From Patescibacteria group bacterium (GTDB lineage Bacteria; Patescibacteriota; Patescibacteriia; Magasanikbacterales; GWA2-37-8), in contig JAQTYG010000001.1 in NCBI GenBank assembly GCA_028688375.1, positions 7,793 through 71,792 of the forward strand: 64,000 bases of DNA, read 5' to 3'. The position numbers were made by a program, and so were the translations under genes. The notes beneath the pieces were generated by a model, which worked only from the letters and a program-made list of their open reading frames with translations, did no database searches and was not told the DNA's origin. Positions 28,023-37,125 of this stretch are shown here, piece by piece. Position 1 is the stretch's first letter; the number at the start of each line of letters is the position of its first letter.

Positions 28023-29264
28023 ATGAACATCGAAACCACGAGAATGCGTTTGCTCCGCAGGCAGTCCGACTGCTGGGAGCGGATTGAGAAGAATCTCCAT
28101 TCCCTGAACCACGGTTCTCTTATCGCCCTGGACAACGATTTTCCTTGCGGTTTTTCCCGCCAGGAAGCGATAGAAACCGGCACCTGCGCCGTTGCCGCTA
28201 TCATGGACCGCCTTTCTCGTGCCGGCATGTTTTTCAACGAAGGCGACCCGGGGCACGGCCGTGGACATCTCATTCGGGATTACGTCGAGGCCGTTTGGCT
28301 CTTCAGCGCCTTGGACGCCCGTCCGGCCGACATTCTGATCGGTCTGGTCGCCGGCGCCTTGCACGACATCGGCTGTTTCCTGATACCGCGCTATGCCGAG
28401 GAAAAGCGATCGGTCAGGCACGCCGAAGCCTCGGCCCTGATCCTGGAAGAAGTCTTTTCCGAGTGCAACTGCGGTCTCACCCGGTCTGAACAGATGATGA
28501 TCGAGTACGCCATCTGCGCTCACACCCACTATCTGAAGCCGGCCGAGATCAAATTTGGCAACGGTCGGAAACGATTTATCGCGCCGTACCTGGACACAAG
28601 GCTCAACGGCGAACCGTACTGGTGGGTCTGGTACACGCGCTGGGTGGACCGCTTGGACACCAATGGCCCCAGCTTTGCCGCTCGTCATTACCTGACGATC
28701 GGCAAGCCGCACCTGGACTTCGATGGTGAGGATCACTTCGCCGTTGGCTACGCCCAGCACATGCGGCCGCTCCTGCGTTCCCGAGAGGAGCGGGGCAATG
28801 ATCCGCAGACGATGCTCGAGCATCTCGCCATGTTCGCCGCGACCGACGAGAATTCGCCATATGGCAAACACGACCGCAGAGAATTCATTACTCTGCGCGA
28901 CGGGCAGAGAAATCGCTCGAAACGAATCGTCGAGGCAGTCGAGAACGCGGGCATGACCAGGATCCCCGAGGCCGATGTCCTCTGCGCCTGGAACGATTTT
29001 CTCTCATTTCAGATAGAACATCCCGAGATCGCCGTCCCGGTTGTAAAGCAACTCTTTGAACAGTTTTCCAACCTGCCGCCCGATGTTCGGCACGCCTGGA
29101 CAGCCGGATTCCTGGCGATCATGGATGAATACCTCGACTGGTATCGGGTAGGGCAGAAGGATTTCGGCCATTTGCCCCATGCGTGGTTCAACCTTCCACA
29201 CTTTGGAGACGCTCTCGCCTTTATCCAACCCCACGGTCTCTGGCTGGACATCGTCCGGCCATAG
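28023..29264 (+). CDS. HD-domain phosphohydrolase with ~200-aa uncharacterised C-terminal domain (paralog 1, GC-shifted)
   Basis: HGRGH...GALHDIGC HD motifs. AGGAGAG RBS. Composition and codon use depart from neighbours. Confidence 0.6.
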   Translation: MNIETTRMRLLRRQSDCWERIEKNLHSLNHGSLIALDNDFPCGFSRQEAIETGTCAVAAIMDRLSRAGMFFNEGDPGHGRGHLIRDYVEAVWLFSALDARPADILIGLVAGALHDIGCFLIPRYAEEKRSVRHAEASALILEEVFSECNCGLTRSEQMMIEYAICAHTHYLKPAEIKFGNGRKRFIAPYLDTRLNGEPYWWVWYTRWVDRLDTNGPSFAARHYLTIGKPHLDFDGEDHFAVGYAQHMRPLLRSREERGNDPQTMLEHLAMFAATDENSPYGKHDRREFITLRDGQRNRSKRIVEAVENAGMTRIPEADVLCAWNDFLSFQIEHPEIAVPVVKQLFEQFSNLPPDVRHAWTAGFLAIMDEYLDWYRVGQKDFGHLPHAWFNLPHFGDALAFIQPHGLWLDIVRP

Positions 29265-29277
29265 CCGCCGCTCTTTC

Positions 29278-29342
29278 TCTCGCCCGAAGTTTTCTCTTCG
29301 GGCCAATCCAAAAGCACCTCACGAAATGGGGTGTTTTTGCTT
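29278..29342 (+). repeat. 65-bp cassette flank (unit 1) with terminator hairpin
   Basis: Identical to 30647-30711. Contains GCCCGAAG...CTTCGGGC and a CACCTCACGAAATGGGGTG hairpin followed by TTTTTG. Confidence 0.8.
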
Positions 29343-29352
29343 GTTAGCGGTC

Positions 29353-29381
29353 TTGACAAAAGGTCAAATTTGTGCTACTCT
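29353..29381 (+). promoter_or_regulatory. promoter of HD paralog 2
   Basis: TTGACA, 17-nt spacer, extended-10 TGcTACTCT. Followed by GGGATACAAACAAAGGAGG. Confidence 0.45.
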
Positions 29382-29426
29382 ATCCTGTTCTCGCTAAGGG
29401 GCGGGATACAAACAAAGGAGGAGCAA

Positions 29427-30632
29427 ATGCTCTTTGACATAGTAAAAGAACGTCTGAAAAACGAAGAAGGTTGTTTAAATTACATCGAAAAGTTGCGCGT
29501 CACGAACGTCGGAGACTGTTTGAAAAAAATTAGTTTCTCTAATTCCGACACCGCTTTAGCCAAAGCGGCCGAAATCACGCGCTATATCCTCCGCGTCCTA
29601 ACCGATAACGGCTTCAACTTTCTGGATACCATGGACCCCTGTCACGGCGTCGGACATTTTGTCCGTAGCTATATCAACACTCGCCTGCTTCTGTCTCTTG
29701 ATCCCTTGGTTGAACCGGCCGATGTGTTTCTCACCTATATCAGTGCGGTGTTGCACGACGTTGGCCGCTGCTTTGTTCCGCCCGTTGGCGAAAACCGCCT
29801 GGCCGTACCACACTCTTGGGCTGGAGCTATCGTTATTGATGAGTTGTTCAAACTCGATGCATGCCACTTGTCGGCAGAGGCGCGGCAATTGGTGTCGTTC
29901 GCCATCGGCGGACACCAGTGGAGCGTAAAGCCGCGAGTTGTCTTAAGCGAAGGCGGCGCCACCCGTGTCATTGAATCTTTCCCGGTGGAAGATCCGCACG
30001 GCAAATTGTATAAGTTTTTTTGGCTAGTGCGGTGTGTCGACCGCTTGGACGGAAACGGTTCCACAATAATCGGGCGCGATTTCCTTCATGCCTACAACGA
30101 AATTGGCCGAGCGGATTTCGCCGAGTATCTCAGTGTATTTTTGGAACCGCATCCGCGCGAAAAAAATTTGCGAGTACCCGGGTCAGAGACTCTGATCGAG
30201 GGACTGTACAGGCTGGCGACGACTCAAAACAATAGCTCGCCGTATAGTCGGCATGACTTTGGGAACATGATTCATATCTGCCAAGTCCAAACTTGGCGGC
30301 TCCTGCTCGTCCTCAATGCCGTCCAGCATCCGGAGATAGCGACCCCTTCGTCAGTGAAGCGGACAATGTCTCGCCAGACCCGTGATTGGCTTACCCGCTC
30401 AATTGATCCGTCGAAAAACGGTCAAGTGGCGGCAAGGGTTATGCTCGACCACCTCGATGCGATGCCTGACCGGGTGCGTCTTGCCTGGTTGTCCGGTTTC
30501 AATCAAGCTCGTTGGCTGTATTCCGAGTGGAGCATCGAAGCGCGCCACTGCTTAGACCAGATTCCTCTTGACGATCTCTACCTCAGATTACGTCGAGGAA
30601 CCGAATACTGCGTTCTCGATATTCTTGCCTGA
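29427..30632 (+). CDS. HD-domain phosphohydrolase (paralog 2 of 28023-29264)
   Basis: CHGVGH...AVLHDVGRC. Shares WVDRLD, NSSPY.RHD and HPEIA blocks with paralog 1. Strong RBS AAAGGAGGAGCAAATG. Confidence 0.6.
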   Translation: MLFDIVKERLKNEEGCLNYIEKLRVTNVGDCLKKISFSNSDTALAKAAEITRYILRVLTDNGFNFLDTMDPCHGVGHFVRSYINTRLLLSLDPLVEPADVFLTYISAVLHDVGRCFVPPVGENRLAVPHSWAGAIVIDELFKLDACHLSAEARQLVSFAIGGHQWSVKPRVVLSEGGATRVIESFPVEDPHGKLYKFFWLVRCVDRLDGNGSTIIGRDFLHAYNEIGRADFAEYLSVFLEPHPREKNLRVPGSETLIEGLYRLATTQNNSSPYSRHDFGNMIHICQVQTWRLLLVLNAVQHPEIATPSSVKRTMSRQTRDWLTRSIDPSKNGQVAARVMLDHLDAMPDRVRLAWLSGFNQARWLYSEWSIEARHCLDQIPLDDLYLRLRRGTEYCVLDILA

Positions 30633-30646
30633 TCTTTCCTACCTAG

Positions 30647-30711
30647 TCTCGCCCGAAGTTTTCTCTTCGGGCCAATCCAAAAGCACCTCACGAAATGGGG
30701 TGTTTTTGCTT
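30647..30711 (+). repeat. 65-bp cassette flank (unit 2) with terminator hairpin
   Basis: 100% identical to 29278-29342. Confidence 0.8.
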
Positions 30712-30714
30712 TAT

Positions 30715-30764
30715 CCTGTTAAATCCTCGCGCGGCGAGGTCCGCCTTCGGCGGAATTTAACAGG
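30715..30764 (+). ncRNA. compound structured element (10-bp closing stem around two GC hairpins)
   Basis: CCTGTTAAAT...ATTTAACAGG enclosing CCTCGCGCGGCGAGG and TCCGCCTTCGGCGGA. Function unknown. Confidence 0.25.
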
Positions 30765-30765
30765 G

Positions 30766-30794
30766 TTTACAAAACAAGGCAAAAATAGTATGAT
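30766..30794 (+). promoter_or_regulatory. sigma-70-like promoter for pgi/pmi
   Basis: TTTACA, 17-nt spacer, TATGAT. Confidence 0.45.
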
Positions 30795-30828
30795 AATATC
30801 TGCATAAATTAGCAAAATTTATTCTATT

Positions 30829-31905
30829 ATGAACACAAAAATTTTGGACAGTTTAGACGACATCCGCAAGCTAGACGGTTCCGGCATGCTGGACAGTTTG
30901 GAACTTTTGCCCGCTCAAGTGGAAGAAATCGTTCAATCCGCGAGTAAATTGCGATTTCCCGTCGGCTACAAACGAGCGAAAAATATCGTGGTCGCCGGCA
31001 TGGGCGGTTCAGCTCTGGGCGCGCACATCATTAAATCGCTGTTCTTCAAAGAATTAACCGTGCCGATGGAAATAGTCAACGGCTATCATCTGCCCGCTTA
31101 CGTGGGCAAAGATACATTTGTTTTGCTTTCCAGTTATTCTGGCGCCACCGAGGAAACTATCTCCGCGCTAGAAGCGGCTAAAGCGAAAAAAGCCAAAATC
31201 GCGGTGATTACTTCGGGCGGACGTTTGGCCAAGTGGGCCCGGGCGACCAAGGCGCCGGCGCTGATTTTCACCACTGCTAACAATCCTTGCGGTTCGCCGC
31301 GCATGGGCTTGGGTTATTCCATCGTGGGCCAGCTGATTCTTTTTGCCAAAACCGGTTTTATTCGTTTGCCCGCCGGAGAAATTAACGCCATCATCCATTT
31401 ATTTAAAAAATTCAACGCCGAATTCGGCGTGGTCGCCAGACAACAGGAAAATATCGCCAAGCGTTTAGCCATAAAAACCGTGGACAAAACCGTTTGGTTT
31501 ATCGGCGCGGAACATCTGGCCGGCAACATGCACACCGCCGCCAACCAGATGAATGAAAACGCCAAGCGTTTCGCCGGATATTTTTTGCTGCCGGAGTTAA
31601 ATCACCATTTGATGGAAGGCCTGCTTCATCCCAAAACAAACAAAGAAAATCTGCTTTTTGTTTTAGTGGAGTCCGACCTTTACGATCACAAAATTCAAAA
31701 AAGAATGGCCATCACCAAAAAAGTATTGGAAAAAAATCGGATTGATTTCGTGTCTTACAAATGCCAAGAAGACGGCGCCGTCGCCCAGGCCATGGAAATA
31801 TTGTCCTGGTTAAGTTATACCTCTTTTTATTCCGCCCTGTTGGAAAAAATTGACCCGACGCCGATCCCGTTCGTTGATTATTTCAAAAAAGAAATAGGCA
31901 AATAA
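30829..31905 (+). CDS. bifunctional phosphoglucose/phosphomannose isomerase (SIS domain)
   Basis: Two SIS-like halves, VVAGMGGSALGA, and length typical of the archaeal-type PGI/PMI family. Confidence 0.55.
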   Translation: MNTKILDSLDDIRKLDGSGMLDSLELLPAQVEEIVQSASKLRFPVGYKRAKNIVVAGMGGSALGAHIIKSLFFKELTVPMEIVNGYHLPAYVGKDTFVLLSSYSGATEETISALEAAKAKKAKIAVITSGGRLAKWARATKAPALIFTTANNPCGSPRMGLGYSIVGQLILFAKTGFIRLPAGEINAIIHLFKKFNAEFGVVARQQENIAKRLAIKTVDKTVWFIGAEHLAGNMHTAANQMNENAKRFAGYFLLPELNHHLMEGLLHPKTNKENLLFVLVESDLYDHKIQKRMAITKKVLEKNRIDFVSYKCQEDGAVAQAMEILSWLSYTSFYSALLEKIDPTPIPFVDYFKKEIGK

Positions 31906-31920
31906 TTTTTCTGTTCACGT

Positions 31921-32030
31921 GTCATTGCGAGGAGCCCCGCATTTACGGGGTGACGAAGCAATCCCAAGGAAAGCGAATGGATCTGTTAAAAAGGGGATTG
32001 CTTCACCGCCAGTTGGCGGTTCGCAAAGAC
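31921..32030. repeat. pair of GTCATTGCG...GCAATCC family repeats in opposite orientation
   Basis: GTCATTGCGAGGAGCCCCGCATTTACGGGGTGACGAAGCAATCCC and GGGATTGCTTCACCGCCAGTTGGCGGTTCGCAAAGAC. The second is near-identical to 51315-51351. Confidence 0.7.
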
Positions 32031-32053
32031 AAGGTGGGCGCTTAATACCGAGT

Positions 32054-32917
32054 ATGGACCTCTCAATCATTTCTGTTACCTGGAATTCCCAGGAGCATAT
32101 TGCCGAGCAAATCAAATCGGTTCGTTCCGGTTGCCAAAATATTTCTTTTGAACAATTCATAGTTGATAATGGCTCCACCGACGGCACCGCCGATTTAATC
32201 GCCCGAGATTTTCCGGAGATAAAATTAATTCGTAATATTGATAACGCCGGTTTTAGCGCCGCCAACAACCAGGCGGTAAAAAAAGCGACAGGGGAGTTCC
32301 TGTTGTTTTTAAATCCCGATATGCGCGTGGCGCCGGGCAGTTTGGATAAAATGGTCGCCTGGATGCGCCAGCGCCCCAACGTGGGCATTGTGAGTTGTAA
32401 ATTAATCGACGAGCGCGGCCAAGTTAACCTTTCCGCCTTACCCAGACGCTTACCCGGAGTTTGGGATCAGCTGGCGATTATTTTAAAACTCCCGCATCTT
32501 TTTCCGGGGTTATTGGATAAATATTTATATCAAGGTTTTGACGCGGACAAAGAACAAGAAGTGGACTCAGTGCGCGGTTCGTTTATGCTGATGCGCCGCG
32601 AGGTCAGCGACCGGCTCGGCTGGGCTTTTGACCCGCGGTATTTTATTTGGTTTGAAGACGTGGATATTTGTCGGGAAACGCGGAAATTCGGTCTAAAAAT
32701 TATGTACACTCCGCTAATCAGCTGTGTGGATTATGTTGGCCAAAGTTTTAAAAAGCGCGATACTTTTTGGAAGCAAAAACAATTTACCAAAAGCATGCTG
32801 GCTTATTTCCAAAAATGGGAATCATGGCAGCGCTGGATTTGGATCGCCGTGATTCGGCCGGTTGGCTTGGGTCTGGCTTGGTTAAGCGATTTTGTGTCGC
32901 AGAAAAATAAAATATGA
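32054..32917 (+). CDS. family-2 glycosyltransferase
   Basis: ISVTWN...VDNGSTDGT, NIDNAGFSAANN and a DxD-like FLNPD. ATG at 32054 lies after the repeat pair. Confidence 0.7.
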   Translation: MDLSIISVTWNSQEHIAEQIKSVRSGCQNISFEQFIVDNGSTDGTADLIARDFPEIKLIRNIDNAGFSAANNQAVKKATGEFLLFLNPDMRVAPGSLDKMVAWMRQRPNVGIVSCKLIDERGQVNLSALPRRLPGVWDQLAIILKLPHLFPGLLDKYLYQGFDADKEQEVDSVRGSFMLMRREVSDRLGWAFDPRYFIWFEDVDICRETRKFGLKIMYTPLISCVDYVGQSFKKRDTFWKQKQFTKSMLAYFQKWESWQRWIWIAVIRPVGLGLAWLSDFVSQKNKI

Positions 32918-33951
32918 AGCTTTCGGTGCATTTAGTCGTCTGGAACGGCGCCAAATATATTCCATATTTGTTCGACTCGTTAAAAAAACAATCTGGTAAA
33001 GATTGGTTTTTGTTTATTTGGGATAATAAATCCACCGACGGCACCGTGACGGCGATACAAAAAGAATTGAGTGATTTTAGTCAGCCGTATCGTTTGGAAC
33101 AAAGCGACGTTAATCTCGGTTTTGCGCCGGCGCATAATAAATTAATTCGCGCCACCGATTCGGAATATTTTTTACTGTTGAATCAGGACATGTATTTGGC
33201 GCCGGATTGTTTGGAAAAAATGGTTAAATTTTTGGACGAACATCCGGAGACGGCGGCGGTATCCCCGCGCTTGATGAAATGGAATTTTTCTGATATTCAA
33301 AACGGCCTGGCCGGAACTTTTAGCCCAGAAGTGGACGCCATCGGTCTGAAAATTTTTCGCCATCGACGGGTGGTGGAATGGTTGACCCAAGCCACTTGGC
33401 CGGTTAAAAATTTGGCCGAGAAAAACGAGGTGGAGGTGTTCGGCGTGTCCGGCGCTTTCCCCCTATTTCGTCGCAGCCAAGTCAAAGAAGTTTTTTTCGC
33501 CGATGGCGCCATGTTTGACGAATCGTATCATTCATATAAAGAAGACGTTGATTTGGCCTATCGTTTAACCGCGCGCGGATTCAAATCTTTTGTTTTGTTG
33601 GACTCGGTCGCTTATCACGATCGCGCCGGCGCCGGGACGAAAGAAGCGCATGACCCGGCCGCGGCGCGCAATAAGAAAAATCAATCAAGTTGGGTAAAAT
33701 ACCACAGCTATAAAAACCATTTAGCCACGCTTTATAAAAATGAATACGGACAGAATCTAGCCCTTGATTTTCTTTGGATTTTATGGTATGAATTGAAGAA
33801 GTTTGTTTATTTTCTGCTGTTTGACCGCGCCGTGTTGGCCGGTTTAAAAGAAATTTGGCGGGCGAGAATCGACCTTAAAAACAAGCGCGCTCAAATTAAA
33901 AAATTGCGCCAAATTAATTGGCGCGCTATGCGCCGCTGGTGGAGCTTATGA
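32914..33951 (+). CDS. family-2 glycosyltransferase
   Basis: VVWNGAKY...WDNKSTDGT GT-A motifs. Start overlaps the upstream stop. Confidence 0.7.
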   Translation: MKLSVHLVVWNGAKYIPYLFDSLKKQSGKDWFLFIWDNKSTDGTVTAIQKELSDFSQPYRLEQSDVNLGFAPAHNKLIRATDSEYFLLLNQDMYLAPDCLEKMVKFLDEHPETAAVSPRLMKWNFSDIQNGLAGTFSPEVDAIGLKIFRHRRVVEWLTQATWPVKNLAEKNEVEVFGVSGAFPLFRRSQVKEVFFADGAMFDESYHSYKEDVDLAYRLTARGFKSFVLLDSVAYHDRAGAGTKEAHDPAAARNKKNQSSWVKYHSYKNHLATLYKNEYGQNLALDFLWILWYELKKFVYFLLFDRAVLAGLKEIWRARIDLKNKRAQIKKLRQINWRAMRRWWSL

Positions 33952-34793
33952 AAGACATAAATATCGTCCTGGTTAATTTTTTGATTAAAGATGACACGCT
34001 CAACGCCATTGCTTCGCTGGTCCAAGATACGGCGAGTTGTCCTTTTTCCGTACAGATAACCGTAGCCGATAACTCCCGTAATCAGGACGGGATAAAAGAC
34101 GCGCTAGCGGAAAATTTTCCGCTGGTAAAATATGTTGATTGTGGTGGTAACGTCGGTTTCGGCCGGGGTAACAATATCGGTTTTCAAACCACGGAAGCCA
34201 GATATTACTTCGCTTTAAATTCCGACGTGGTTATCCCGGATAACTCGCGCACTGTGGAAAGACTCATTCGTTTCATGGACGAGCATCCGAAGATCGGCTG
34301 CGCCGGCCCGAAACTGGTTAATCCGGACGGCACTTTGCAATATACTTGTTTTCGTTTTGATTTGCCGTCGATTTTGATTAAGCCGTTTAAACAAATTAAT
34401 TGGGATAAAAAATATTCCTGGATCAAGAAGCACGCCGATAAACTAATCATGAAAGATTTTAATCACCATGCCACCATGCCGGTGGATTGGGTGCTGGGCG
34501 CGGCTTTGATTGTTCGCGCTGAAGCAGTAAAACAGGTGGGCTGGTTTGACGAGCGATATTTTATGTATATGGAAGATTGCGATTGGTGCCACGAATTTTG
34601 GGCGCGCGGCTGGCCGGTTTATTATGTTCATGATATTGTAATCAGGCACGGCCTGACTCGTAATTCGGCGAAAGTGCCGGGAGTTTTTCGCCCCTTATTT
34701 AAAAATCGTTTGGCGCGCGTTCACCTGATCAGCTGGCTGAAATATTTATGGAAGTGGCGCGGACAACACAAATATTATGCGGAATTATCCTAA
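33948..34793 (+). CDS. family-2 glycosyltransferase
   Basis: VADNSRNQDG...GGNVGFGRGNN. ATGA overlap with the upstream gene. Confidence 0.65.
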   Translation: MKDINIVLVNFLIKDDTLNAIASLVQDTASCPFSVQITVADNSRNQDGIKDALAENFPLVKYVDCGGNVGFGRGNNIGFQTTEARYYFALNSDVVIPDNSRTVERLIRFMDEHPKIGCAGPKLVNPDGTLQYTCFRFDLPSILIKPFKQINWDKKYSWIKKHADKLIMKDFNHHATMPVDWVLGAALIVRAEAVKQVGWFDERYFMYMEDCDWCHEFWARGWPVYYVHDIVIRHGLTRNSAKVPGVFRPLFKNRLARVHLISWLKYLWKWRGQHKYYAELS

Positions 34794-35874
34794 AGTAGCC
34801 ATTATCTATTTGTCGTTTCATTGCGAGCCGTATTTGAACGACGTTATTTCTGGTTTGCGCAAAATGACTTACCCGAAGGATCGGGTGGAGTTTATCGTGG
34901 TAGACAATCCGCACCCGGAGCATGGTTCTTCCACGCGTTTTTTACAGGAAAATTTAATGCCGTTGGCCGGGCATGATTTGCCGTCCGTTACCATTTTACC
35001 GCAAGCCACTAATCTTGGTTTTTCCGGCGGTAATAATGTCGGCATTAAGTGGGCGCTGGAGCGCGGCTTTGATTACATCTATCTACATAATTATGACGGC
35101 TTTGTCACAGCTAATTTTTTGGAGCCGTTGGTGGCAGCGATGGAAACGGATAAAAATATCGGCGTGGTCCAATCGCTGATGATGCTTTATCCGGATACGG
35201 ATTTGATAAACAGCACCGGCAACTCGTTTCATTATTTGGGTTTGGGTTTTTGTAATAATCTGCGCCGGCCGATCAAAGATTTGATTTTGCCGGCTATCGC
35301 CGAGACCGCTTACGCCAGCGGGGCGGCCGTGCTTTTGCGCGCCGATTTATTGCAAAAATTCGGCGTCTGGGACGAAGATTACGTGCTTTATCACGAGGAT
35401 ATTGAATATTCTTTTCGTTTAAGAATTGCCGGCTATAAAATCGTGGTGGCGCGTGATTCCATTTTTTATCATAAATATTCTTTCAGCCGGAACAAAGGAA
35501 AATTTTATTTAATTGAACGCAATCGCTACGGGTTGATGCTGATGTATTTTAAGTGGCCGACACTGGTATTATTTTTGCCGGCGGCGATATTTCTGGATTT
35601 GGGCTTGTTGCTTTTCGCCGCTCTCTCCGGCTGGTTTAAAGAAAAATTGCGCGCTTACGGCTATTGGCTGCAAATTAAAAATTGGCGGCTGTGGCTGGCC
35701 AAACGTCGGCATGTTCAGACGCTTCGCGTCGTGCCGGATAAAGAATTGACGAAATTATTCACCGGTCAAATCGTGTTTGGCGAAAAAGGCATCAACAACC
35801 CGTTGTTAAAATATGTCGGCAACCCGATTCTGTCCGCCTATTGGTGGATTGCCAGAAAAATTATTTTTTGGTAA
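34777..35874 (+). CDS. family-2 glycosyltransferase with C-terminal TM helices
   Basis: VVDNPHP...GFSGGNNVG and two C-terminal hydrophobic segments. Confidence 0.65.
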   Translation: MRNYPKVAIIYLSFHCEPYLNDVISGLRKMTYPKDRVEFIVVDNPHPEHGSSTRFLQENLMPLAGHDLPSVTILPQATNLGFSGGNNVGIKWALERGFDYIYLHNYDGFVTANFLEPLVAAMETDKNIGVVQSLMMLYPDTDLINSTGNSFHYLGLGFCNNLRRPIKDLILPAIAETAYASGAAVLLRADLLQKFGVWDEDYVLYHEDIEYSFRLRIAGYKIVVARDSIFYHKYSFSRNKGKFYLIERNRYGLMLMYFKWPTLVLFLPAAIFLDLGLLLFAALSGWFKEKLRAYGYWLQIKNWRLWLAKRRHVQTLRVVPDKELTKLFTGQIVFGEKGINNPLLKYVGNPILSAYWWIARKIIFW

Positions 35875-35889
35875 AACATTTGTCATCTT

Positions 35890-36978
35890 ATGTGGAAAAT
35901 TAGGAAAGCCGTATTGACCGGCGGGGGACGAGCCACTCGTCTGCGGCCGGTGACGGCGACAATCAATAAACACCTGATACCCTTGGCCAACAAGCCGATG
36001 ATTTTTCATGCTATTGAAAAAGCGGTGGAGGCGGGGATTGAGGAAATTTTTATCAATACCAATCCGGGTGAAACCGAACTGCAAAAATATGTCGGCGACG
36101 GCGGGCACTGGGGGATTAAGATTAAATTTTTTGAGCAGGAAGGCGGTCCGCAAGGCGTGGCGCACGTGGTTAAACAAGCGGAGAAATTTATCGGCGACGA
36201 GCCGTTTCTGTTCTATTTATCCGACAATATTATTTTAGGCAGTATCAAAGGTTTTGTGGACGATTTTTCCCGTGGCGAGCACGACTGCATGCTGGCCTTG
36301 TCCCAAGTGCACAATCCGGAAAGTTTCGGCGTGCCGATTTTTAACGAGCAAAATCAGTTGGTTGATGTTTGGGAAAAACCGGCGCAACCGCCGAATAATT
36401 TTGCCGTGACCGGCATTTATCTTTACGGCCCGAAAGTATTTTTTGAGGCGTTTTCTAAAATAGACAAAAGCGCGAGAGGAGAGTATGAAATTACCGGCAT
36501 TCATTCGCACTTTTTGAAAAATAATTATCGCGTCGGCCATCGGGAAATTACCGGTTGGTGGAAAGACACCGGCCAGCCGTTGGATTTAACCGCCGCGAAT
36601 AAATTATTGTTGGACGAATTATCGGCTGATAAATTTGTCGTCCGCGGTCAGGTTGAAACCGGCGCGCAAATTACCGGTCATGTGCATATCGGCGCCGGCA
36701 CCACCGTGCGCAACGACGTGAAAATTACCGGACCGGTGATTATCGGCGAAAACTGCACCCTAGAGAACTGCGTGATTAATCCTTATACCACCATTGGCGC
36801 CGGCACCACCATAAAAAATGCCGAAATCAGCAGTTCCATTATTTTTGGCAATTGCACTGTGGATTGCCCGCTGAAAATTACGGACAGTATCATCGGAGAA
36901 AAGGCGGCGATTATAAAACGTCGGACGGACGAATGCCGGCGATTGATTTTGGGCGAGCAGACGGTGATTGAAATTTAA
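35890..36978 (+). CDS. sugar-1-phosphate nucleotidyltransferase (RmlA/G1P thymidylyltransferase-like) with C-terminal left-handed beta-helix
   Basis: LTGGGRATRLRP (GxGTRL) and C-terminal hexapeptide repeats. Confidence 0.6.
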   Translation: MWKIRKAVLTGGGRATRLRPVTATINKHLIPLANKPMIFHAIEKAVEAGIEEIFINTNPGETELQKYVGDGGHWGIKIKFFEQEGGPQGVAHVVKQAEKFIGDEPFLFYLSDNIILGSIKGFVDDFSRGEHDCMLALSQVHNPESFGVPIFNEQNQLVDVWEKPAQPPNNFAVTGIYLYGPKVFFEAFSKIDKSARGEYEITGIHSHFLKNNYRVGHREITGWWKDTGQPLDLTAANKLLLDELSADKFVVRGQVETGAQITGHVHIGAGTTVRNDVKITGPVIIGENCTLENCVINPYTTIGAGTTIKNAEISSSIIFGNCTVDCPLKITDSIIGEKAAIIKRRTDECRRLILGEQTVIEI

Positions 36979-37025
36979 AAAATAAATTAAAAAAACAGCC
37001 CGTTGGGTTGTTTTTTTAATTTCCT

Positions 37026-37071
37026 GGCTCTCTAGAAAGGTGAATGATTCACCGCTCTAGAGACGCGAGCC
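37026..37071. promoter_or_regulatory. nested palindrome (possible operator or bidirectional terminator)
   Basis: GGCTC-TCTAGA-aag-GTGAATGATTCAC-cgc-TCTAGA-gacgc-GAGCC. Confidence 0.25.
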
Positions 37072-37125
37072 GAGAAAAAACCTCGACCAGCGCCCCCTCT
37101 GTTGGCTGGTGGGTTGTGGGGTGGC

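Noticed and set aside
27933-28871. 312-aa minus-strand ORF antisense to HD paralog 1 (plus 28145-28489, 28603-28860, 28723-28956)
   Set aside because: It arises from the high GC of the plus-strand HD gene, which has an RBS, a promoter and a conserved paralog. The antisense ORF has no start context and no family signal.
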